Assembly: GCA_002269645.1 (NCBI GenBank)
Contig: NIVC01001021.1
Location: 1-64,000, forward strand
Source of the DNA: Macrostomum lignano
Lineage: Eukaryota
DNA: 64,000 nt
Reading direction: 5' to 3'
The notes below the pieces were generated by a model. That model ran no database searches. It saw only the letters and a list, made by a program, of their open reading frames with translations, and was not told the DNA's origin. The position numbers were made by a program, and so were the translations under genes. The first letter of the stretch is position 1. Every line of letters starts with the position of its first letter. Shown piece after piece: positions 1-11,162 of the stretch.

Positions 1-39
1 TTTATTGCCAAAAGACTAGATTATAATGAGATTTGCGTG

Positions 40-432
40 TGATTCAGGTAAGATTTAGGTGAGATTCGGGTGAGATTTGGGTGAGATGTGAGTGAAATTT
101 GGGTGAGATTCGGGTGAGATTTGAGGGAGATTTTGGTGAGATTTGTGTAAGATTCGGGTGAGATTTGTGTGAGATTCGGATGAGATTTGTGTGAAATTCG
201 GGTGAGATTTGTGTGAGATTCGGGTGAGATTTGTGTGAGATTCGGGTGAGATTTGTGTGAGATTCGGATGAGATTTGTGTGAGATTCGGGTGAGATTTGT
301 GTGAGATTCGGGTGAGATTTGTGTAAGATTCGGGTGAGATTTTGTGAGATTCGGGTGAGATTTGGGTGAGATTCGGGTGAGATTTGTGTGAGATTCGGTG
401 ATATTTGGGTGAGATTCGGGTGAGATTTGGGT
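40..432. repeat. Minisatellite, ~22 bp unit (GAGATTCGGGTGAGATTTGTGT-like)
   Basis: Directly visible tandem units; the 55..444 ORF is just its translation. Confidence 0.9.
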
Positions 433-1699
433 GAATGTGGTCAAAATTTGGCCAAGTACTATTTCGGCAGATTAAAGGATTTAATGGCCAAAATGGTAAA
501 AATAGCCGTATTTTATCAGCGTTTCAAAATTCTTTCCACAGCATTGAGTTTCGTTGCTCAGAAATGTTTTCGTGGTCTCAAATTGATTGAATAAAAATTT
601 GGGGTCTAACAATCTGCTCTCTCTCTCGCCCCAGTTTTTCTTTATAATCCTTTTCCAAAAGCTATACGCCACAATGTGAATTGCAGCAATTTTAACACCT
701 ATAAGGTAACCTAGCCAGATCAGTTTACAACTAGAAGTTAAGTCAATTTTAAAGGGCCTTTCTGGCTCCTGTCTGATTGTTCTGTAATCGATCTGAATTC
801 ATGACTCTTTAATAGGCCCGCTGAGGTGTGAGAAAATGCAGGCTAAATTCTCCCCTAGGACCCCTGTAATAACGGGATTAAGAAATTCAAGACACAATTT
901 CTGCTGCCCCATGTAGAGAAACCGAATACTTGAGAGAACAATTTCTTGAGAATATGACGGTTTTTGCTTCAACATCTCAATTGAGTTCTTTAACCCCCTT
1001 TTTCAATATAGTATTATCCTAGCTACCAAATGGACCCGGAGCTAGCCCTGTACCACGTGGTTTAATACCATTGTTTACACTTCCACTGCCCGCCAGCCCT
1101 GAGCCCCGCTGATGAGGGAGGTGAAGAGGGAGTGAAGGAGAAGGTTGGTAAGAAAATAATCCCATCTACGAGCTAATAGGACTTCATCAAGTGAGTTTTG
1201 CGGAATTGAACAAATTTTATATAACTGCTGTGATGACAAGTCGTTGACTTCTGACTCTCGGCGGGTTCCACCGAAGTCCCCGGCTATGGGCAAAAATTTG
1301 AATTTCAGCTAGAGCGGACGGGTTCATTCTCTAGTTAGGGCAAACACAGCTCAGTATAAATGCATGGGAATGAAATTAACAATCTTCCCCATAGGCCAAA
1401 GACTGAATTTATAGTTTCCTAGAGACCGCTTGTCAATACACACGCCAGTTTTGATGAGATGTTTGATTTTAGTCAAGGTTTTTTGATGTGGAACAAATAT
1501 CCTCTCCATCTGTGTTCTTGACAACTGTTTCCTGAGAACGATCAAACTCAAACTAGGGTTTGAAATGCAACCAGCAATGACTTGTTGGAATGCTTGTTGG
1601 AGTTTGCCTTCGAGAAAATGTTTTAACTCAAAGAAATAATTTGGGCTCCTCATCGAATGGCCTCATAGAATACTCGTAGCGCTTATACAATGGCGGTTA

Positions 1700-2612
1700 T
1701 AGAATGACGCTCATAGGATGACGTTCATAGGATGACGCTCATAGAATGACGCTCATAGGATGACGTTCATAGGATGACGCTCATAGAATGACGCTCATAG
1801 AATGACGCTCATAGGATGACGCTCATAGGATGACGTTCATAGAATGACGCTCATAGAATGACGCTCATAGGATGACGCTCATAGGATGACGTTCATAGGA
1901 TGACGCTCATAGAATGACGCTCATAGAATGACGCTCATAGGATGACGCTCATAGGATGACGTTCATAGGATGACGCTCATAGAATGACGCTCATAGAATG
2001 ACGCTCATAGAATGACGCTCATAGAATGACGCTCAAAAAATGGCGCTCATAGAATGATGCTCAAAGAATGACGCTCATAGAATGACGCTCATAGGATGAC
2101 GCTAATAGGATGACGTTCATAGGATGACGCTCATAGAATGACGCTCATAGAATGACGCTCATAGAATGACGCTCATAGAATGACGCTCAAAAAATGGCGC
2201 TCATAGAATGATGCTCAAAGAATGACGCTCATAGAATGACGCTCATAGGATGACGCTAATAGGATGACGTTCATAGGATGACGCTCATAGAATGACGCTC
2301 ATAGAATGACGCTCATAGAATGACGCTCAAAAAACGGCGCTCATGAAATGACGCTCAAAGGATGACGCTCATAGAATGACGCTCATAGAATGATGCTCAT
2401 AGAATGACGCTCATAGAATGACGCTCATAGAATGACGCTCAAAAAACGGCGCTCATGAAATGACGCTCAAAGGATGACGCTCATAGAATGACGCTCATAG
2501 AATGACGCTCATAGAATGACGCTCATAGAATGACGCTCATAGAATGACGCTCATAGAATGACGCTCAAAAAACGGCGCTCATGAAATGACGCTCAAAGAA
2601 TGACGCTCATAC
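1700..2612. repeat. Minisatellite, 15 bp unit (GGATGACGCTCATAG / GAATGACGCTCATAG), in the intron before the last Dbx exon
   Basis: Directly visible tandem array ending just upstream of the AG acceptor at 2644-2645. Confidence 0.95.
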
Positions 2613-2645
2613 AGTTTCCCCACCAACTCGTTCTCCAACCAATAG

Positions 2646-2879
2646 GTGAAAATCTGGTTTCAAAACCGACGCATGAAATGGCGCAACTCCAAGGAGCGCG
2701 AACTCCTGACCTCTTCGTCCGGATCGTCGGTCAGGAAAGACTCCTCATCAATTGCGGCTGGTTCAGGCGCTGCCAATGTTGAATGTCTGCAGGATGCCGT
2801 GAGACCCGAGAGCTTTGAATACGAAATGCAGTTGGCTGGCGAGACAGCGCCCGAACCCACAACCGATGAGGACCACTGA
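2646..2879 (+). CDS. DBX: Last coding exon of a Dbx-class homeobox gene (upstream exons not identified in the window)
   Basis: AG|GTG acceptor at 2645/2646, then VKIWFQNRRMKWRNSKERELL, which matches homeodomain helix 3 plus the Dbx-specific NSKERELL extension; the intron just before VKIWFQNRR is a common homeobox intron position. Confidence 0.85.
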   Translation: MKIWFQNRRMKWRNSKERELLTSSSGSSVRKDSSSIAAGSGAANVECLQDAVRPESFEYEMQLAGETAPEPTTDEDH

Positions 2880-3233
2880 TTGACTGATTTATTGATATAG
2901 TAATTTTATTGTCTTTGTCTTTTACTCTATGTTTAAGTTAAAGTAATTATGTTTCATTTTCATAAGCAGTTTAAAACATTTTTGCCGCGTTTTTTTTTCT
3001 TGTCGTATATAGAAATTCATCATTGACCTCCTATATTTGTATTGTAGTCAGTTTGCCTTTTCTTAGTTACTATCGCTGACCATGTACATCTATTATCCTA
3101 TTAGCTTGTTTAAGTTCGCTTGCACTTATAATTCTCCGCAAGGGATACTGTTTCTTAGAATCGATGTAAATACACGCAGAAGTAGGTTTTTCAAACTTTA
3201 ATGTCAGTCAGCATCAAACTTGGGTTGTCAGTG

Positions 3234-3545
3234 AGTAGTAGGGCGAATTATGATACTGCCGCACTAGCACTGGCGAGATAGGCGGCAATGCAAATGTATA
3301 GGGAAAAATACACTGCGGAGATATGAGCCCTATCTCTGTGCATTGGGGACGGCTAAGCACTGCAGAGATATGAGCTCTATCTCTGTGCATTGGGGACGGC
3401 TAAGCACTGCAGAGATATGAGCTCTATCTCTGTGCATTGGGGACGGCTAAGCACTGCAGAGATATGAGCTCTATCTCTGTGCATTGGGGACGGCTAAGCA
3501 CTGCAGAGATATGAGCTCTATCTCTGTGCATTGGGGACGGCTAAG
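3234..3545 (+). repeat. Left terminal inverted repeat: 77 bp unique end plus 5 x 47 bp units
   Basis: Reverse complement of 19708-20019; unit CACTGCAGAGATATGAGCTCTATCTCTGTGCATTGGGGACGGCTAAG starts at 3311, 3358, 3405, 3452, 3499. Confidence 0.95.
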
Positions 3546-3950
3546 CACTGCGGAGATAGAGGCGATTCATGATACTGCCGCACTAGCGCTGGCGAGATAG
3601 GCGGCAAAAAGGATATAGGAAAAATACACTGCGGAGAGGATCCTATCTCTGTGCATTGGGAACGGCTAAACATTGCAGAGATAAGAGGGGTGGCCAATCT
3701 CTGTGCTCTGTGTTAGGGTAAGGTTATAAAGTTTTACAACTGCACAGAGGACGGCTGGTGTTGCTTACCTGGATAAGGGGACGGGGGGATACACTAATTA
3801 CAGCCAGTGGCCTCTATAACGGTAAAGTAATTATTACCTGAGCATGGCTGGATGTTCATATACGATATGATAAGGAGAGGGCATGCATGTACAAATTACT
3901 ATATAAGCAGCCACGCAAGTACAAATAAACAAATAGACAAAAACAAATTG

Positions 3951-3958
3951 TATAAAAG
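3951..3958 (+). promoter_or_regulatory. Candidate TATA box (TATAAAAG) for the 4009 ORF
   Basis: Canonical TATAAAAG 58 nt upstream of the ATG at 4009; motif only, no expression data. Confidence 0.45.
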
Positions 3959-4008
3959 GATTTTTAAAAACCTTACTACTTCTAAAAAACAACTCTTTCT
4001 CTTTCAAA

Positions 4009-5418
4009 ATGAAAACTTTTAAAAGTTGTCATAGAGACCTCTATGAGGTCTGTATAAGCTGCGAAGTGTGCCTGCTTGGAGGCGTGTCCCCAAGACACCA
4101 CGAGAATGAGAACTGTCTGGTCTCATGCTGGTTGGCATGCGACCAGTGCGGCACCGTCGAAGCTCTGCAGGAGGGAAAAATTCCAGCATATCATCGAGGA
4201 CACAAGATCGTCAGCGATGACAAGAAAAAGCAAGAAAGTAACCGCTGGAAAGTAATCCGCGCCATCAAAAAGAGCAACGAGAGAGAAAAGAAGAGCCAGC
4301 AGAAAAAGGGAGCCAGCAGGAGTCTGCTATCAGCTCACTTGAGTCAAGTAATTGACTCTACATTGAAGAGGATGAGGCCAAGCGGGTCTTCAGCAGCTGC
4401 AGAATTTGAAGTTGAGCTGTCTGCTGGAGTCGAGGCTGCTGGAGTCGAGGCTGCTGGAGTCGAGGCTGCTGGAGTCGAGGCCGCTGGAGTCGAGGCTGCT
4501 GGAGTCGAGGCTGCTGGAGTCGAGGCTGCTGCTGTCATAAACTTCATAGAGGAAGATGTCCTGGATCAGTTCCTCAGGGAATTCAACGCTGGTCAGCAGC
4601 AGCAGCAGCAGCAACCTGTCTCTTCGGTTCCGGTGATTGCTGGAAAACAACTTCATCTAATTGAAGACGACCACGAAATGGAAATCCTAGAAGAGGAGGG
4701 CAGCGACAATGAGTCGCATAATGCAATTGTGCCACCTGCAGCTCCAGCCGCCCCAGCTGCTCTGGCCGCCCCAGCTGCTCTGGCCGCCCCAGCTGCTCTG
4801 GCCGCCCCAGCTGCTCTGGCCGCCCCAGCTGCTCTGGCCGCCCCAGCTGCTCCAGCCGCCCCAGCTGCTCTGGCCGCCCCAGCTGCTCCAGCCGCCCCAG
4901 CTGCTCTGGCCGCCCCAGCTGCTCCAGCCGCCCCAGCTGCTCTGGCCGCCCCAGCTGCTCTGGCCGCCCCAGCTGCTCTGTCCGCCCCAGCTGCTCTGTC
5001 CGCCCCAGCTGCTCTGGCCGCCCCAGCTGCTCTGGCCGCCCCAGCTGCTCTGGCCGCCCCAGCTGCTCCAGCCGCCCCAGCTGCTCTGGCCGCCCCAGCT
5101 GCTCTGGCCGCCCCAGCTGCTCTGGCCGCCCCAGCTGCTCTGGCCGCCCCAGCTGCTCTGGCTGCCCCAGCTGCTCCAGCCGCCCCAGCTGCTCTGGCCG
5201 CCCCAGCTGCTCCAGCCGCCCCAGCTGCTCTGGCCGCCCCAGCTGCTCTGGCTGCCCCAGCTGCTCCAGCCGCCCCAGCTGCAGCCTCTACAATTCCAGC
5301 TTCTCAATCCGAAACTCCACCCGTGCCAGCTGGAGTTGCCTTCTTTCTGCCTCCTGTCGGCGGGGCTGGGTACGAGGTAACGATTTTCGAAAATCGTATT
5401 AGAATTGTGCCGCTGTGA
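4009..5418 (+). CDS. Polinton accessory protein, 469 aa: Cys/His-rich N-terminus, basic segment, AAGVE repeats, polyQ, acidic patch, ~30 Pro/Ala hexapeptide repeats
   Basis: ATG-initiated open frame inside the TIRs with non-repetitive N- and C-termini in frame across two repeat arrays (15 bp and 18 bp units); CxxC pairs CISC and CDQC; no family recognised. Confidence 0.75.
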   Translation: MKTFKSCHRDLYEVCISCEVCLLGGVSPRHHENENCLVSCWLACDQCGTVEALQEGKIPAYHRGHKIVSDDKKKQESNRWKVIRAIKKSNEREKKSQQKKGASRSLLSAHLSQVIDSTLKRMRPSGSSAAAEFEVELSAGVEAAGVEAAGVEAAGVEAAGVEAAGVEAAGVEAAAVINFIEEDVLDQFLREFNAGQQQQQQQPVSSVPVIAGKQLHLIEDDHEMEILEEEGSDNESHNAIVPPAAPAAPAALAAPAALAAPAALAAPAALAAPAALAAPAAPAAPAALAAPAAPAAPAALAAPAAPAAPAALAAPAALAAPAALSAPAALSAPAALAAPAALAAPAALAAPAAPAAPAALAAPAALAAPAALAAPAALAAPAALAAPAAPAAPAALAAPAAPAAPAALAAPAALAAPAAPAAPAAASTIPASQSETPPVPAGVAFFLPPVGGAGYEVTIFENRIRIVPL

Positions 5419-6301
5419 CTAAGCAATTTTTGTACTTTTTTGCTTTCTGTGTGGAGTGAGAAATCTACCCATTTATTGCAATTATTGCTAAAACTTTATT
5501 TCAACTAGCTTTTTAAAGTTGAAAGTAGGTACATTAATTAATGATTTGATCATCTCATAACTCTGTATTCGCTTCTAGGAATCTTGCTTATAAGTTTTCA
5601 GTTTTCATTTCCAAATTAGTTTTAAAAAAAGCTCGTAGCTCGTAGTGGCAACCAATATTTTTTTGGTATCCGAGGTAAAAAAAATTATTTGAAAAGTAGG
5701 TGAAACATTATACAGTTGAATTTAACAAATTAAAATCAACATAACATACTTTCAATAAATTGGTGATGGTTTCGTATGCTTGGTGCGATTGATTAGGTAT
5801 AATTTTCTTTCTACTGCTTTGACGCGGTGTTTCCTCATTCTTTAATTATTGAACTTTTCAGCTATATTTCTGCTTCTAAACTCTCGTCTGTATTTGTAAT
5901 TCATTGTTCCATGCATTGTTTATTGACTATGATTGCACCATGTGAATTCGATATTTTTTTAAAAAATATATATATAATGTCAGCATTTTTCCACTCGGTG
6001 ATTGGTTTGTTAATTAACTATTGGCTTCATTTTGCATTTTTTACCGATTGAGTCTGCGTAGGAGGCAAATAGAAACGAACTTTTACGAATAGGGATCAAT
6101 AGAATATGCATGCAGAGAGCTAGCTTAAGGGAGAACCAAAAAAATATAACCAGCATCTACTAGCTTGTAAGTGTGGATATTGTACCAGTATTGCAGCAAT
6201 AAAGACTTACGAAAAAAGATTTCAAATATTCACTCCCAGTTGCTTATGACACTCAGTTGCAGCCAGTAAACACTGTCAGCTTTTAACTGCTTGCCTTTTC
6301 T

Positions 6302-6698
6302 ATGGTTGAGCACTCCTGGATGGAGCAGGAGAATGACCACTCATGGATGGAGAATGACCACTCATGGATGGAGAATGACCACTCATGGATGGAGAATGAC
6401 CACTCATGGATGGAGAATGGCCACTCGTGGATGGAGGATGACCACTCGTGGATCGAGTATGACCACCCTTGGGTGGACCATGACGTCAGCAGCGAGTCAG
6501 CAGCCAGCAGCGAGTCGGCAGCCAGCAGCGAGTCGGCAGCCAGCAGCGAGTCGGCAGCCAGCAGCGAGTCAGCAGCCAGCAGCGAGTCAGCAGCCAGCAG
6601 CGAGTCAGCAGCCAGCAGCGAGTCAGCAGCCAGCAGCGAGTCAGCAGCCAGCAGCGAGTCAGCAGCCAACAGCGAGTCGGTGACTGATGCACACCAAG
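6302..6698 (+). CDS. Predicted exon 1 of the pPolB gene: (ENDHSWM)n and (SSESAA)n repeats
   Basis: ATG at 6302; ends at CAAG|GTAAGT (phase-1 donor, intron from 6699), which joins in frame to the AG acceptor at 6930/6931. Confidence 0.7.
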
Positions 6699-6930
6699 GT
6701 AAGTGCCTTTATTTATCCTTTTCAACTTACTTAAAAATTTTCTTATCAATGCGATGTATATTATGCAGTCTAAAATTTTAGTCCAAAGAATGGGAGAAGG
6801 GGAGATAAAAGACTTTATACCGGTAGGGTTGTACATGTATGCTTGGGTACAGACGTTTAGTTTAGTATCTTTGATATTTGAAACTATAGGCAGCAAAAAA
6901 CAAAAATATTATCCTAAAACCACAAACCAG

Positions 6931-9900
6931 GTTCAACAGTCAGCTTCAGCAGAGTTGCCCAAGCCTATGATCAATCACTGGAAATACTGAGGCTCAGATC
7001 GAGTCACCCAGACACGCTTCCGTCAGAATTTTTTGTCCAAGCTGGAGACAAAATTATTGAGGCAGTTCAGCAAAGAATTTCAAGACATCATTACAAAGTT
7101 CAGCTAAAGGCGAATATTCGAATGGTCCGAATAAGAGATGGGGAGATGCTTGCCGAAGAGGACAGATGGATAAGCTGTAAAATGCAGGCCCTAGACCTAG
7201 GTGGTGAAGCAGGCCGTTTAAACAACTGGTTGATTGAGCAGGAGCAGGAGTTGGAGAGGATCTGTAGTATGATTAATACGAACGGCAGTGGCTGGACAAT
7301 TAAACAAATTAATTTTCTAGACATCAACCTTGCCAGGTACAATCCAATTCGATTTCGCCAGGGCAGAGCCGTTAGATTCAATCTTCCTGCCAGTTTGAAG
7401 AACAAAAAGGCTGTTATCAATCCACCGAGCACAGGCAAAGACTGTTTCCTGTACGCCTGTCTCGCTGCACTGCACAGCGCCGATCCGAAAGTTCAGAAAT
7501 CGCCCAACAGAATATCCTCTTACGATGAATGGTTGCGTGAGCTGGACTTTGCAGAAATCTCCATGCCAGTGAGTGTCGCTGATATCGATCGCGTCGAGTC
7601 TAACAATCCAGGAATTTGCATTTCTGCGTTCTCTTGGCAGCAGGGCAGTGTGACTCTTCTCCGTCGCCGCAAGCATGAGTCAGATGACCGAAGACACCTC
7701 ATGCTTTTGCTAGTTAAAGACAGCTACGGATCGGAGCACTGGTGTGCAATTACTAATTTTGACAGGTTAATGAACAGTCGTAATGGTCCCGCCATGAGGA
7801 AGTGGTGCACGAAATGTTTAACATCATTTTATAGCAACGAGAGGCTTCAAGAGCACAGGAACGAATGCAGCATTACTGCAGAAAATCCTGTCAAAGAAAC
7901 GCTTCCAGTTCCAGGACAGAATGAAATAAAGTTCCGAAACTGTCAAAACACTGTCAGTCCACCATTCGTTGCCTATGCCGACCTGGAAGCCATTTTGCGA
8001 GCGAACACAGACCCTGCTAACCTGATCTCAAAGCATGAACCATGTGCAGCAGCTTTTCTTGCAGTGCCTCGTGAAGGCATGACAGGACCTCCGCTTAGGC
8101 CAGAAGGAGACATGTACAAGGTCTTTTGCAATGCGGACCCTGATGAGTGTATCCTTGGTTTTCTCAAATCTCTTGAAAGCCTGGCTCAGGATATATTTCA
8201 CTGGAACCAGAAGCATAGCCACCAGCCGGCTGACCGATCATCCGCGACCGTCATGGATGATTTCAATTCTGCTGAGGTATGTCACTACTGCAAGAAGAAC
8301 TTTAAAAGTTCTACAGATAAACATTTTGACCACGATCATTTAAATGGACAGTACAAAGGTGCAGCATGTCAAGAATGCAACCTGCGAGCACAGCTCCGAC
8401 GCCGGTTTCTGCCCCTGGTTTTTCACAACTTAGGCGGCTACGACCTTCATCTTCTACTTTCCACTGCGCTTGGGAGCATGAAAAATTGGAAACTTAGTGT
8501 TGTTCCGCAATCATCCGAGCGATACTTGTCACTAAGGGCGGAATTCCCTGTTGCAAGTTACGTAAAGAACGGAAAAGTTGTGCCAATCATGTTTACAATT
8601 CAGTTCATCGACTCGCTCTGCTTTTTGAAGGGAAGTTTGTCCAATTTGTTTGCTAATCTTCCCGAAGCTGAATGCAAGCTGACAATGCAAATGCTTGAGT
8701 CAAGACCACATCTTTCAAGAGAGCTACTTCGAAAAAAAGGGATTTTCCCATATGATTACCTCACAGGATTTGAGATTCTCGAGCAGTCGGTTTTGCCGCC
8801 TAAAGATGCTTTTTTTAATCGACTTTCCGATCGGGGAATTTCCGACGACGACTACAATAGAGCAAGAGCGGCATGGGCGGCATTTCAATGCAAAAGTTTG
8901 AAGGATTATATGCTCGCCTATCTTGAAATGGATGTAAGGCAGCTGGCTGACATTTTCGAGACATTCCGACAGGCCAGTCTGAAAGAGGACGGATTGGATC
9001 CGGTACACTACTTTACTACTCCTGGTTTGTCTTACGACTCAGCTCTAAAGTCGACTGGAGTGGTTCTAGAGCAGCTGACTGATGCTGACATGTATCATCT
9101 GTTTGAGAAGGGAATACGAGGAGGCATGTCCTTCATTAATGTGCATTGCGTCAAAGGTAATAATCCTAGCTTGCCAGGTTATGATGATCAGCAAGAGAGT
9201 GTAAGCCTCATGCCGATCGATATGAACAACTTGTATGGCTTTGCCCTGTCGCTTCCGCTTCCATGCAGGGAATTCAGGTGGGTACCGGAACAGGAAATCC
9301 AGTTCTGGGACTCCAATCGGTTTCTGTCACTCAATCCAGAAGCCGAGATCGCCTACCTTGTTCAACTCGATCTAGAATACCCAGCTGAGATTCACGATTC
9401 GACTCAGGAGTTACCGTTTGCACCTGAAAAATCAAAACCACAGCCAGATCAATTCTCGCCGTACATGGCCGAACTATGGAAAGAGATTGCTGAACAGCGA
9501 ACTGGCAATGCTGAAGCTAAGTTTCAAGCAACGGAGAAGCTTCTACTCACCTGTACCGACAAGGATTCTTACGTAGTTCACAGCACCGTTTTAAGATTTT
9601 ACCTGCAACACGGAATGCGGATCAAGTGCGTCAAAAAAATGATTTCGTTCAAGCAGGAAAATATTTTCGCGCCGTACATTGCCAGCAACAATGAAAAAAG
9701 AGCTTTGGCAACTTCCGAGTTTGCTAAGGATTTTTACAAATTGAAAAACAATTCTCTCTTTGGAAAAACTATGGAGAACGTTCGAAAAAGATGCGATGTT
9801 CGAATTTGCACTAACCAGACTCAAGCAGAAACTTGCGCCTCTCGACCAAACTGTGCCGCATTCTCGATTATCAATGAGTCGTTGAGCATTTTTCAGCTCA

Positions 9901-10580
9901 AAAAAGATAAAGTCACGCTTGACAAGGCCATTTTCGTTGGCCAGGCAGTTCTCGATCTCTCTAAGATGGCCATGTACAGCCTACTATATGACAGGCTCCG
10001 ACCGCTGTTCTGTCATTCAGACGGTTCCAGAGACATGATGCTTTGCGGAGGTGATACTGACTCATTTTTTCTAGCTTTCAAGAATCATGATTTAACATCG
10101 GAGGTAATCCCGAAGCTTAGAGAGGAAAAAATACTTGACACATCCAACTATTCTCGAGACCATCCGCATTTCTCTGAAGAGTTAAAAGGAAAGCTGGGCT
10201 GCGTTAAAGATGAATCTGCTGGTGGAATTTACCAGGAGTGGATTCTTTTGCGTCCAAAACTTTATTCGTTTCTCCCTGCCGAGAATTCGAGTGCAAAGAT
10301 CAAGAAAACTGCCAAAGGCGTGAAGCAGTCAGTAGTAAGACAGCAAATTTCGCATGCGAACTATGTCGACGCGTTCGAGTCCAAGCAAGAGCAGATGGTT
10401 GCCATGACAGCGATTGTTTCCAAGAAACACGAAATCTTCACGTCGGTCATGGAGAAAAGAAGCCTATCGGTGTGGGAGGATAAGCGAGTGTGGCTTAGCA
10501 GTAATCGAAGCCTGCCCTACGGACACTATGCGCTGACGCCCGCATCCCACGATCAGCTGAAGCGCATCCGACTGGTCTAG
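6931..10580 (+). CDS. pPolB: Protein-primed family B DNA polymerase with an endonuclease VII-like Zn/HNH insert (ORF track start 7122; frame is open back to 6918)
   Basis: ExoI YADLEA, ExoII FHNLGGYD, ExoIII YLEMD, motif A DMNNLYG, motif B KLKNNSLFGKT, motif C GDTDS; CHYC...HDHLNGQYKGAACQECN insert. Confidence 0.97.
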
Positions 10581-11162
10581 TGCGGGTGTTTAACAGACTG
10601 TTTAGTACTTTTTCTTGCTTTTAGAGTTGTTTAAATTGCCAAATTCTGTTTTAAATGTAGTGACTTGCATGTAGTAACTTTTACAAATTTGTATGCTTGG
10701 CTAATTGCGCTAGATTTAGCTGTCAATTTGTTTTTGCGGCGTGAAATATTGATATCAATTTAAGTTTTACTTTTTATAAAGCTGTGTGGCAAGTGCGCTC
10801 ATACAATATTAATTCATTTTTGTTTGCTTTGTGTACTACTTGTTTAAAATGTGTTTTTGGTTTTTATCTGACACAAATTGTTCCTGTAAATTCAATCAGC
10901 GTTTTAATCATATTTTCTCTATCACTTTTCTATTTCTCTTCTCTCGGTGCACATCGTTTGTTATAACGATGGTAGTATTGTTTACTTTCGGATTTGATAT
11001 GCGTTTTGCGATACTTTTGGTGATGGGCTAAATACGTTTTTGAAGTGTTCCATAGCTGTCTGCCTGGGAAAATGAATGTAAAGAATACCAAGTTTATCCT
11101 TTTATTCACTTTTCACTAATCATTGAAATATTTGCGGCAAATTGCTTGACTTGACTTTATTT

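Noticed and set aside
1075-1653. Two minus-strand ORFs (72 and 100 aa) as XPB exon 3 or a transposon gene
   Set aside because: LDEV occurs but without the surrounding XPB motif II context or a matching splice acceptor; no recognisable family
3228-3236. Candidate Polinton TSDs under shifted end definitions
   Set aside because: The 6-mer pairs tried (TCAGTG/ACTCAA, TCAGTG/CAAGCT, GTGAGT/ACTACT) do not match
3311-3545. 47 bp, 54 bp, 34 bp and 23 bp arrays as CRISPR arrays
   Set aside because: Units are head-to-tail with no unique spacers, there are no cas genes, and the context is eukaryotic
4344-5380. Alternative-frame ORFs over ORF1 (WGGQSS, PPQLLW, PAAST repeats)
   Set aside because: They are by-products of stop-free 15 and 18 bp repeats; only the 4009 frame has an ATG and unique flanking protein sequence
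10930-11053. Small ORF after an acceptor-like site between pPolB and TBP
   Set aside because: It closes after 23 codons; not supportable as a gene
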